Assembly (NCBI GenBank): GCA_950097015.1
Contig: CATNEN010000039.1
Coordinates: forward strand, 2,542,001-2,606,000
Direction: 5' to 3'
DNA: 64,000 nt
Source of the DNA: Macrostomum hystrix
Taxonomy: Eukaryota; Animalia; Platyhelminthes
Positions 14,334-25,709 of the stretch are shown here, in pieces. The notes under the pieces were generated by a model, which saw only the letters and a list, made by a program, of their open reading frames with translations, made no database searches and was not told the DNA's origin. Numbering within the stretch: the first letter of the stretch is position 1; each line of letters starts with the position of its first letter. The translations under genes and the position numbers were made by a program.

Positions 14334-15410
14334 TCTCACACAGACTCTCTGCCTAAATTGCACACTCTCACACAGACTGTCAGTCTAAATTGCACACTCT
14401 CACACAGACTGTCAGTCTAAATTGCACACTCTCACACAGACTGTCAGTCTAAATTGCACACTCTCACACAGACTGAGTCTAAATTGCACACTCTCACACA
14501 GACTGAGTCTAAATTGAACACTCTCACACAGACTGAGTCTAAATTGAACACTCTCACACAGACTGAGTCTAAATTGAACACTCTCACACAGACTGAGTCT
14601 AAATTGAACACTCTCACACAGACTGAGTCTAAATTGAACACTCTCACACAGACTGAGTCTAAGTTGCACACTCTCACACAGACTGAGTCTAAATTGCACA
14701 CTCACACAGACTGTCTAAATTGCACACTCTCACACAGACTGGGTCTAAATTGAACACTCTCACACAGACTGAGTCTAAATTGCACACTCACACAGACTGT
14801 CTAAATTGCACACTCTCACACAGACTGAGTCTAAATTGGACACTCTCACACAGACTGAGTCTAAATTGCACACTCACACAGACTGTCTAAATTGCACACT
14901 CTCACACAGACTGAGTCTAAATTGAACACTCTCACACAGACTGAGTCTAAATTGAACACTCTCACACAGACTGAGTCTAAATTGCACACTCTCACACAGA
15001 CTGAGTCTAAATTGCACACTCTCACACAGACTGAGTCTAAATTGCACACTCTCACACAGACTGAGTCTAAATTGCACACTCTCACACAGACTGAGTCTAA
15101 ATTGCACACTCTCACACAGACTGTCTAAATTGCACACTCTCACACAGACTGAGTCTAAATTGCACACTCTCACACAGACTGAGTCTAAATTGCACACTCT
15201 CACACAGACTGAGTCTAAATTGCACACTCTCACACAGACTGAGTCTAAATTGCACACTCTCACACAGACTGAGTCTAAATTGCACACTCTCACACAGACT
15301 GTCAGTCTAAATTGCACACTCTCACAGACTGTCAGTCTAAATTGCACACTCTCACAGACTGTCAGTCTAAATTGCACACTCTCACACAGACTGTCAGTCT
15401 AAATTGCACA
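14334..15410. repeat. 30-bp minisatellite
   Basis: Unit TCTAAATTGCACACTCTCACACAGACTGAG. Confidence 0.95.
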
Positions 15411-15993
15411 ACCTCACGCAGGCTCTCAGCCTTCGTTGCAAATTCCCCGGCATTTTTACATAGACAATGGCATTCACGGAAATTGTATGAGTTAAGTATA
15501 TCATTGTTATTTATATTAAAATATTTCAGTCACCTCGAGAAACAATGAAACCCTAGAAGTAACTGCAACGGTTTTTCAAGCTTCTCATTTTTCGTTTTCC
15601 TGTCTGTCCTCTTGCCTTTTGTCGCAGCCTTCTGTGTTAGTTCAATTTCATCGTTTCCCGAAAACCAGTTTCTCAGTAAATAGATTTTTGCTGAATGCAT
15701 ACATATTCCACTCAACCAACTTCCTTCGTACTTTAGATTTTCGCTCGCTTCTACTAACAGTAGCATGAAGAGCCCGTGTCTGTTGTGTGGATCAGTTTCT
15801 TATTGAATGCGTGTCCGGTGTACCACGAAGCAGTGTGTATTTAGATATATACAAGTATGCACAGAAAATTCCCACGATTCATTATTGCTATTCTTCTTTT
15901 TGTGTAAATTGAGCCTTTGTTAAATTTTGTAAAGTTTAATTTGTCGAGCTTAATCGAGCTTAATTTATTAAGCTCATTGCCTATTGCATAATA

Positions 15994-17303
15994 CGAGGGT
16001 CACTCAGAAAGTCTTTAGCCTGAACAAGAAAACAGCAACATATGAACTAAAAAACCATTACAACTGCTCAAAGTACTCTCCCCCCGCATTGATACAGGCT
16101 TGCATCCTGTGGAACCAGCTGTCGAAGCACTGCCGCCAATCCTCATCCCGGAGCTCCCCCGATGACGTCTTTGAACTCATTCACAGCTTCTTCCGGCGAA
16201 GAAAAAATCTGGCCCTTTAATATCTCCTTGCACTTCGGGAATAAAAAAAGTCGCACGGTGCCAGGTCTGGACTGTACGCAGGGTGAGTCATCAGCTGGAC
16301 ACCACAGTCGGCCAGAAACTCGAGAGTTTGAACTGCCGTGTGCGCACTGGCATTGTCGTGGTGCAGAAGCACCCCACGCATTCCGCACCTTGGGCGCCTC
16401 TGGCTCACAGCAGAAAAAACTTTGGGCAGGTAAAAAGTTGTGTACCAGTCAGCGGTGACTGTCCGGCGATCTTCCAGTGAAACGGAAGCCACATGTCCAG
16501 TGCGCATGAAGAAGCAGGCCACCATCTGCTTGCCGACACTCCGGTTGCGTCGAAACTTGGTTGGGCTGTCCTCGTCTCTGAAGGTCCACATGGATGACTG
16601 GCGCTTGTTTTCGGGGTCGTATTGATAAATCCAGGTCTCATCTCCCGTGAGGATGTCCCAGATACGCCGGCTGGTCCCAGATTCGAATTTCTGCAGCATA
16701 AATCGGCACCAAGCCACCCGGGTGTCCTTCTGCTCGTCCGACAGCTGATGGGGGATCCACCGGGAAGCCAGCTTCCGCACTCCGAGGTGTTCGTGCAGAA
16801 TGGTGTGCACACTCCCCGATCCAATGCCCATCTCCTGCTGGATCTGCTGGTAGGTCACTCGCCGGTCAGCGTCAATCATGCTGGACACAGCGCAGATATT
16901 TTCTGGGGTCACTGCGTCGCAGGGTCTCCCGGATCGATGCTCATCTTCGAGGCTTTCTCGACCTCGGCGAAACTCAGCGAACCAGTTTTTGACGGTTGCG
17001 TATGAAGGACACAGATGAGCGAAAACGTATTGTAAAGTTTGAAATGAATCGGCCGGCGACTTGCCTTGCTTGAAATGCAAGTACATCATAGCTCTGAAGT
17101 CACGGTTTTCCAGCTTCATTGTGCAATTGAACGGCGCAAGGGGTGAACTGACTTTGGCTCACTGCAGTGGACTCAATAGTAACTGCTTCTGTTTGAAAAT
17201 TTAGCTATAAGACTTTTAAAAGGTGGTCTTTACCATAGACAAATTTCATGCTTCTGCGTCTCGTGGATCATACTCAGGCTAAAGACTTTCTGAGTGACCC
17301 TCG
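15994..17303 (-). mobile_element. Full-length Tc1/mariner (DD34D) DNA transposon, 1310 bp
   Basis: Perfect 30-bp TIRs CGAGGGTCACTCAGAAAGTCTTTAGCCTGA (15994-16023 and 17274-17303) flanked by TA at 15992 and 17304. Confidence 0.97.
16058..17119 (-). pseudogene. Mariner transposase with two compensating homopolymer frameshifts (353 aa if corrected)
   Basis: Motifs WIPHQL, TGDETW, HHDNASAH, YSPDLAPCDF; C-terminus CINAGGEYFEQL* at 16058; -1 at T7 (16243-16249) and +1 at G5 (16156-16160). Confidence 0.9.
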
Positions 17304-19156
17304 TATAAAAATCAACCCTCCCTGATGCTTTTTTCTATATTTACACTTTAAAATCTGCCGACGGGGGTTGTTTATGCTTTTTTGTATGTTTTTCAGATTC
17401 AAAATAAATAAACAAATAAGTTCAAAAGAAACAACTGCAAGATATGCATTATTTAATCAGCTGTGATTCATGCATATTAAATTTTGACTTTCGACTTGAA
17501 ATATTTATTTTCTTTGAGCGGGGTTGCAGCTGAACATATCTGCCCTGACTAATTAGTTTCTCATCATCGGGGACACCTCGGAGAAAGCCGAACGGGTCGC
17601 ACTTCAGTTGGCGCACGTGACAGCAGCTGCATCGGGCTCCACCTTCCGCTTCTTCAACGGCAAGAAGGAAGACAGGAGGGATTGGAATTGGATGGCAAAC
17701 TCTCGCAAAAGTCAGGAGGGCATCCCGCGGATCGTTGCTGAAGTGCCAGCTAGGCAGAAATGCCTCGATGCGGAAGCCGTTTGGCAGCATCGCCCACCTG
17801 TAATGGCCTGAAAGTGTTTAGGATGAGCCTCGCTATAAATTGCTACGCATTACTAGGGGAACTGATGCAAGCGAAGAACTCAAGCAACACCTGCGTCGAT
17901 GCAGCTCTCATGAAGCAGCTGGACACCGTCTATTGTGCTAGTGCCACGCCCTGACACTGGCGCAACCAGTGTCAATCCTTCCTTTCGGGGGCGACCCGAA
18001 AGGGGACAAAGCAAATTTTTTTCCAAAACGGCCCTTGAGCCACATCCGCCACTCGTCCAGAATGATTCACCCTTCGGAAAATCATTGTTGCGCCTCTGCG
18101 CCCTGATTCTGCCAGGGTCGCACACGCTGAGCAGCACTGTCGGCGTCAATCAAGCCCTGAAGCCATGGAGACAGCAGTTTTTAATGCTGCGCTTCGAATA
18201 GGCCCGCCGACAGCCTGTGCAACGGGCTAAAACGTACAGCGCACGCCGCAAAGTGGCTGCACACCATGGCACTGTTGTTAGTGTGTTGTTGTTAGCGTGT
18301 TGTTGTTAGTGTGTTGTACGTCAGGGCACGCCGTGAGTACAGCACAGTTTGACGGTTGAGTGAAGTGGCACGCTCAACCAAATACACAGGGGCTCCTTCC
18401 AGGGTGAGCCACAAAATCGCATATGACAGCTGGTGAAGGTGCCGGCGCTAAGTACGCCTCGGCAGGTCCTGTTTGTCGTGATTAATTCCCCATAAATTCA
18501 AGTGGGCGAAGCTATTGAGTATTGATTATGTTACGAACTTTTGTACCGTTTGTTTACCTATGCTTCAGGGAGTACCACAGGAACATATGAGCAACCAGGC
18601 CTGGAATTCGTGTCCCCTAAAAATCTAAAAGTCTCGCAGCCTGCCAGGAGGACACTGAATGGCTCCCGGGGGCGCTCTAATTCGGGCGGCGCGGGTATCG
18701 ATGGCTCGCACGCAGCTGGCCGCTTAGGTCCGGATCAAACTCTAACTCACCCATCTCTAACTCCTTCCTCGTCTCTCACCTGCTTGTGTGTTCATTTTTC
18801 GGCCGCTGAAAAACTGCGTCGTCAGCCACTTGATGGGACCGAGTAGTAGGGCTGGGTTCAACTCTGACGCACTTGCACCGAGGGATATAGGCGATAGTGC
18901 AGAGGGATACCGGATTACATGGTGCGGGGCGTGCACACGTTTTGAGGCTGGCTTAGCAATTTCAGAAAAGAACGATTGTAGCTGGCTGAACTTGGCGCAG
19001 GCCTACACCTTTTGCCCCTCCCCATTGAACACTAAAAGAGAAGTGGCCAGAGCTTTGGTTAGTTCAACTCTGAACGCAACAGCCCGACACTGTACAGAAA
19101 TAGGAGGAGAGGCCCGGCCGGCCTATCGCAATACAAACCTCAAACCTTAAACCTCC

Positions 19157-19903
19157 ATGAAGCAATTCTCTTTAGGAGGAGGAATTCGTCACTATAGATT
19201 GAGAATCGGCAAGCTGTACAGGTGGCTGTGCGAGAGCATGGAAGAAGAAACACAGTCTGCTACGGGTGAGAAGGAAGCGGTTAGGTGTGCGGAATGCCGT
19301 AGGTTCTTTCGGAGAGGAGTGGAAGTGATGTGCACTAGATGCTGCAAATGGGTTCAACTGGTGCAGTGTAGGATGAACCTGGAGCACCAGTGCCTGGAGA
19401 AATGGAAAAAAAGAAGGTGGCTGGTACTGCAGAGAATGCCGAGAGGATGAGATCAGAGCAAGAAAAGATGGGAGGATGAGCAAGCGGAATGTGAGGCCGA
19501 GGGCGGCTGTAAAAGGCGGATAAGTCGGTTAATTGGAAAATCCTATATGGCAAAAACGCAATAGAAGTTGGAAAAATTGTGGCTACCCAAGGAAGTTGGT
19601 CGAACAGTCAAACTTACGCAGCTAATGCTGTTTTGAACAGCCATGATGGAAAGTACAGTCCTGTATAGCTCAGAGGCCTGGGCGCCTTTGCTTCCTGGAA
19701 CTTTGAGAAATAATTAACTTTAATTAGGAACTGCAGGGCAATAATACGGCTCAGTCAAAATACTGAGCGCAATAGGGCCCGGTCAGAACTTAGTAGACTT
19801 CCCCTATGGTACGATATACAGAAAAGAAGCTTTAAGTTTTGATCATACCTATATATCTCATGGCCCAGACTCCTTTTATCTAATTAAGCTGATATGGGAC
19901 CCG
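19157..19903 (+). mobile_element. Degenerate non-LTR retrotransposon relic (RTE-like)
   Basis: PHD-like Cys cluster CAEC..CTRCCKWV...C, then a stop-interrupted post-RT segment KLW...KL...LF*..MESTVLYSSEAW and KLIWDP, resembling RTE-clade C-termini. Confidence 0.55.
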
Positions 19904-20337
19904 TAATACAAATACTTTAATGATCAAATAAATTATTAACTTTCGGCATAGTAGGCGACGATTCATTTGTGACAAATCGGTCACACAAGATCTGAAAATT
20001 TAATTAGCAAGCTTTTTGGCCCGCACAAGGACCAACTACTCCATGAAGACGCAAGACGCAATTCATCCGTAATTTGCACATATAAACAAATCATTCCATT
20101 TAAATATCTTGAAATAAATCTATTAGTTGCAAAAGTCTAGCATTAGTTAGAAAATGTTGTTTTTCTGTTGTTTAGTTAGAAAAAGATGTTTGCTTTTTCT
20201 TATGGGCAAGATTCGAATTCATTCAACGTCAACCATTTTAAAGGAAACAGGGTCAGTCCTTCGACTGAATTCGATCATATTAAAAATAGTCAAAATACTG
20301 TTCTTCTGTTCGTTTCTTATTATTAGCGCAGTATAGA

Positions 20338-20436
20338 ATGACTGATACTCACGAATTAGATCCATTGTTTGAAGTCAAAAACAACTTTTATTTAGGTAAC
20401 TATCAACAGTGTATTAATGAATGTCAGAAAATCAAG
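20338..20436 (+). CDS. COPE: COPE exon 1
   Basis: [33 protein letters not shown]|GTATGT. Confidence 0.93.
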
Positions 20437-23400
20437 GTATGTTTTGCAGCCTTGCAGGCAACTTGCTAAACTATGAATATGCACCTAAGCGGTACTGTTA
20501 AATCTATCTGAAAAAATGGTTCAAGCATCTTAGTTATAGTCTCTGTTTTAACGTATATTTATGTGTCGGATGTTCTAAAAGTTAGAATTGCATTTTTTCT
20601 TTTATAGTCACATGACCCACAGTCACAACAAATTGTAAAGAGCTGAATGTAATTATTTCAATATTTGTTACTGCTATAAAATTTTGGAGCATAGCATTTG
20701 TGATGCAAGTTTGTATTAATCTATATATAAAAAATTAAATTAGGGAATAAAATGTATGTACTACAACTTTGAAGATAATTGGCTGCTTACTGTCTTGGCT
20801 TAGCTGCCTTAGCCTACCATAACTATGCCCATGGCTATGCTAAGACATAATTTCTTACTATTAATTCTTTTAGATTAGTTCTCACTAATGAATGTTGCAT
20901 AGTTATAGATATCTGCTTCTAGTATCTGATTGCAGACTTAACATAAAAATACTTTCAAGTATGGTAAAATATTATAAATATAGCTACCTTAAGAAGTCTA
21001 TCAAGTATCCTATGTTGCTAAGCTAGCTATCTACAACGAATCATTTATTTTTAGTAATTAGTTATTATAAAGGTTGCAGCAAGAGGTTGTAGCCTAGTGG
21101 TTAGGGCGTCGGACTCACGACTTGAAGGTCAGGGGTTCGATTCCCGACTCCACTGGAACAATTTGCGTCCTTTAGCAAGACACTTAACTCTGCATTGCTT
21201 CAGTTCACCCAGCTGTTAAATGGGTACCAGCATCAGCTGGGATAATTGAAGGTGGGTGTGGCGTCCCCCCAGTCTGTGGACTGAACAGCTGTATGCAGCC
21301 TTCAGATGCGCCGCGCATTAGCTGCGGCTGTGCTGTCGGCTGCACATCTGACCCAATTGGGGCAGGTGTAATCAATTATTATTATTATTATTATTATAAA
21401 ACCATGATATATTCTTAGATACTCTGTACTTCACATATTTCATACAATATTTTTGTTTGTTATGCAATTAACACAAGTTCTATGCATAAGTTACAAGTTA
21501 ATTAAGTCACCTACATATTTATTATTTCATATACATAAAATAAATATCCATCAATAGAATATATTGTAATAGGGTCCCTAATTGTTTTAGATTCTTAGAA
21601 GTGTTCCCGCGAATTTAATATGTTTGTTTTAATGTCATGTAAATTTTGTTTAAATGCACCATTTGTTTGTCTGCACTAAAAATAAATAGTTATACTGAAC
21701 TTGCAGAGGAGAGGAGGCGAAGAGATAATACTATAAATACACGAGGGAAATAAAGAGGAAACTTACTCGTACAACCTCTGTTGAGAAAAGAGTTCAGAAT
21801 AAAGAAAGCTTGAATCTTGAAGTGTTTGTGTTGAAGTTATTTGAAAGAGACATTGCGAAAGAGAAGTAAACTGAGTAAGGGAGAGCTGTAAATCTAGCTA
21901 TCTAGAGCCGATTTTTATCTATAATTTTTGCTGTGTCACAACTTCTAAAAGTGGAGGTGAGGTGAAGTGGCTAGCTAGCTAGCTAGTTATTAGCAAAGTA
22001 GTATTGCTTCACAATAAAAGTGATTTTATCAGATTTGTACACCCAGAGTTTTTATATTTTTACTATACTTAATTTACAAGTTTTTGCACATAGAGATGAA
22101 TTAAATTTTGTGTAACATTTTTTATGCAAAGTTTTTGGGTAAAGAAATTTTTTGGTGTATGATTACATAAAATTCGCTTAGCCCTGCTTATCATCTTTTG
22201 GATCTTTCAGTGGAAAGGTGCTGGTAATGACAGCAAAATCTTCATGCATTCCATCTTTTGGGGCCTTGATCTCAAGCAATGAGTCATGAACAGTATCACC
22301 CACCCCTCCATCAATCCTTCCATTTTAACTCAGTCCAAAATGAAACAAGCTTCTGTTCGCTTCACACTCTAAGCTGAGATGAACAGAGACCCACCATTAG
22401 AACTGAAAGCATACTCACTCATGCCGAATCTGTCTCTCTGACCATTCAGTTTACACCTAAGTCAACCCTAACTTTCCCTTTCTGTCCTCCCCCCACAGCA
22501 TCCACCCCAGCGCCCGCCAGCTAGCACTGAAGCAGTTCTAAATTTCAAAAAGAATTTCGGGTTTCAGTAGTAACTTAAAGGCACTTTCGGGCCATTTCTA
22601 TTCACATTCTTTCACTCTTCTCTGAGTAGGAGTATTCTCCATTATGTTACGAGATCTAAGCAAACCTTTCGTCCACCTATCTTTACACAGACCAGCGATA
22701 GCCAGCTGGCCAATCAGCGTGACGCCTTTCTCTACAGGGCCTACATTGGGCAGAGGAAGTATGCCGTTGTGCTGGATGCTATCAGCGGCAGCGCCTCAGC
22801 TGAGCTGCAGTCAGTGCGCCTGCTGGCTAATTACCTGGCCTCGCCCGACCGGCGGCCCGCCATTTTGGCCAGCCTGAATGATAAAATGAGCGGCAGCTTG
22901 GGCGAGAATGATCACATCAGCCTGCTCATGGCTGCCACTGTGTTTCTGTATGAGAATGTGAGTGTTTTGCTGCCTCCATACTCCTGATAGGAATTGCTAG
23001 GGCACAAAGTTAAACTTAAAAAAAGGAAAGGAACTGTACATATAGAAAGTAAAAAAGAGCAAGCCTTTAACTTAAATCAGAAATCCTTAAATATCCTCGC
23101 AACCGTTGTCAAGGACTCGGACTCGGCGCTGCGCCTTCTCCACCAGTCTGAGCACGTCGAGTGCCTTGCCCTGGCCATCCAGGCCCTGCTGTCCATCGAT
23201 AGACCGGATGTGGCCCGCAAAGAGCTGGCCAGGATGCAGGTGAGCGGACTGGGTCGCTGTTATTATTGACTGGGCCTTCAAATCCGTGCCTCGAAAATTC
23301 AATCGAGTAAAATAGAGTATTAGATATTTATAAACCTTAGCGACTTTTGCTCCGTAATAAATTAACCTTTATACAACACTCGTCACCCTAGTGTTGAACA

Positions 23401-25709
23401 TCACATGATTAAAATTGCAGGCGACAACTGAGGTATGATTAACCACAGAATTCTACAACTTGCAGCTCCTTGTTTTGCACGGGCCGTGTTTTGGGTAGTT
23501 CTTTTTGATAGCACATGTTCACCTGCTTTTTCTGTTACTGTTGTTGGTGGTGATGTCTTGGTAGCACACAACTCATCAACGTATTGTTTGGTCTAAGAAT
23601 AAAAAATTTAACGAGCAAGTTTTTTTCAATCCTAAATAATGATTGTGGCGGTCCCAGGATTTTAGGTTCAGGTGGAGTGCCAGCATCCTGACACACCTGA
23701 GAACTGAGGTGGGGTGAGGTGTCAGCATCCTGACACACCTGAGAACTGAGGTGGGGTGAGGTGTCAGCATCCTGACACACCTGAGAACTGAGGTGGGGTG
23801 AGGTGTCAGCATCCTGACACACCTGAGAACTGAGGTGGGGTGAGGTGTCAGCATCCTGACACACCTGAGAACTGAGGTGGGGTGAGGTGTCAGCCATAGT
23901 TGCCACTGCTGCGCTATTTTAGCGCAGCTGCGCTATTCTCAATTGCCTGCGCTATTGCGCTACTATTTGCAAAACATGACCAATTCTGCGCTGAAGTGTG
24001 ATTTCTGTCACAAGTTAAGCTTTATGCGATTGTTTTTCTCTCGCCAGACTGATACTGTACATTGGAGGAGGGGCAGAGACTTCTAGAAATAACAAAGCTG
24101 TTACTTCTAGAAGTCTCTGGCTGCAGTAAACAAGTTTGTGCACTTCCATCTGCCCCTAAAAATGCCGGCCTCAACTTGCAGGGAAAACATTAGTCATCGC
24201 TGTGCGGGTCCAGTCGTTATTTCTAGAAGTCTCTGGAGGAGGGGTTGCAGTTAGATTGCCGACCCCTGGTGTAACCCCATGTTTATTTTGACGCTTCTCT
24301 TACCCCAACTTTAAAGTCAAACGCCACAGCTCACTTGCTATTGGCTGGGCTGTGAATCTCTCCCTCGTCCACTTTTCTACCCAAAGACTAAAAAGGATTA
24401 AGGCCCACCCCATGGATGTCTTCTGTCTGGATTTCTTCCCCCTCCCTTTATACTTAAAACCCTTCTGAGACAAATCAATTTTTTGCTAAAAAATAAACAG
24501 GTTTCTTATTCAGTGCACATTAATTTATGCTGCCTTTTGCTGTCATTGTCTGGATGACAGACAGTAAGAGGGAGAGAAAGAAGCAGTTGGGCGTGGGCAG
24601 GGGGCTGGGCAGCAAAGGGGGTCATATATATCGCACGTTTTGTCATTTGGGTGAACCTGCGCTAATTTTACCTTTCTGCGCTACTAATTTCTTCACGACC
24701 TGTGGCAACTATGTCAGCATCCTGACACACCTGAGAACTGAGGTGGGGTGAGGTGTCAGCATCCTGACACACCTGAGAACTGAGGTGTGGTGAGGTGTCA
24801 GCATCCTGACACACCTGAGAACTGAGGTGGGGTGAGGTGTCAGCATCCTGACACACCTGAGAGCTGAGGTGGGGTGAGGTGTCAGCATCCTGACACACCT
24901 GAGAACTGAGGTGTGGTGAGGTGTCCTGGCTTGTCACTAGCAGATTGATGCCACTCATGCAGTCTATTCAAACGGTAGACTCACAACTACCTTCGGTTTC
25001 TCGCTGCGCAGGCGGCTGACGAGGACTCCACGCTTACCCAGTTGGCGATGGCCCAGGTGGGCATTCACACGGGCGGCGGAGAGAAGCTGCAGGACGCGTT
25101 CTACGCCTACCAGGAGCTCATCGACAAGTACGGCAGCACCAGCTCGCTGCTGAACGGCAAGGCCGCAGCGCTGATGTGCATGGGCCGCTGGGAGGAGGCC
25201 GAGCCAGTGATGCAGGAAGCCCTGGACCGCGACTGCAACCATCCGGACACACTGGTGAACATGATTGTACTGTCGCAGCACCTGGGCAAGGAGGCCGAAG
25301 TCTGCGGCCGCTACGTGTCGCAGTTGAAGGACTCGCATCGATCGCATCCGTGGGTGCAGGACTTCGCTGCCAAAGTAAGTAGGGCTTCTACTGAGTGCAG
25401 CGAGTCTGCGTTCAAAAAAATTAAGGGATTAAAAAGTACATGGTCTTTTTTCCAGAAGACAATAAGTCCGTCTTTTTTCATTGCCGTCCCTGAGGAAATC
25501 GTCTATGTTTCCTCAATGTGCGCATCGAGAGCCACTGACTTGTCATTTCGCGACAGCCAGCTTAATTTTTACAACACCCAAAGCCTTCTCTCCACTTCTG
25601 CGCACATAAATTCATTGACCTTACCTTGCTCCTTGCTCAACCTCCCGCGCAGGAAACTGATTTCGACAAGTTCAGCTCCAACTACCGGGAGTCGGCGGCT
25701 AGCAACTGA
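20338..25709 (+). CDS. COPE: Coatomer subunit epsilon, 5 exons, 303 aa
   Basis: join(20338..20436,22691..22957,23114..23239,25012..25374,25653..25709); all introns GT-AG, phase 0. Recognisable COPE motifs: [84 protein letters not shown]. Confidence 0.96.
21072..21397 (+). mobile_element. tRNA-derived SINE with CORE-like central domain and (TTA)n tail (COPE intron 1)
   Basis: A box TAGCCTAGTGG; B box GGTTCGATTCC; CORE-like CCTTTAGCAAGACACTTAAC...CAGCTGTTAAATGGG; (TTA)n tail; possible TTATTATAAA TSD. Confidence 0.8.
22691..22957 (+). CDS. COPE: COPE exon 2
   Basis: ACACAG|[24 protein letters not shown]...AATVFLYEN|GTGAGT. Confidence 0.93.
23114..23239 (+). CDS. COPE: COPE exon 3
   Basis: GTCAAG|[42 protein letters not shown]|GTGAGC. 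Confidence 0.9.
23895..24713. mobile_element. Non-autonomous DNA transposon (MITE), 819 bp, 5-bp TSD
   Basis: TIRs CATAGTTGCCAC / GTGGCAACTATG; TCAGC duplicated (23890-23894, 24714-24718) relative to the empty repeat unit; subterminal TGCGCTA motifs. Confidence 0.8.
24073..24235. mobile_element. Nested MITE, 163 bp, 8-bp TSD (hAT/P-type)
   Basis: 20-bp TIRs CAGAGACTTCTAGAAATAAC / GTTATTTCTAGAAGTCTCTG; TSD GAGGAGGG at 24065-24072 and 24236-24243. Confidence 0.85.
25012..25374 (+). CDS. COPE: COPE exon 4
   Basis: GCGCAG|[15 protein letters not shown]...[10 protein letters not shown]|GTAAGT. Confidence 0.94.
25653..25709 (+). CDS. COPE: COPE exon 5 (terminal)
   Basis: CGCAG|[18 protein letters not shown]; AATAAA at 26000-26005. 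Confidence 0.88.
   Translation, partial: ETDFDKFSSNYRESAASN

Larger units (their letters stand above)
23681..24924. repeat. 42-bp minisatellite interrupted by a MITE (COPE intron 3)
   Basis: Unit GTCAGCATCCTGACACACCTGAGAACTGAGGTGGGGTGAGGT; about 5 copies on each side of the insert. Confidence 0.95.

Noticed and set aside
21083-21155. tRNA gene
   Set aside because: The tRNA-like head continues into a conserved SINE body and (TTA)n tail, with a second diverged copy at 5063.
23080-23113. U12-type branch-like TCCTTAAAT in COPE intron 2
   Set aside because: The donor is GTGAGT (U2 type), not the U12 RTATCCTT consensus.
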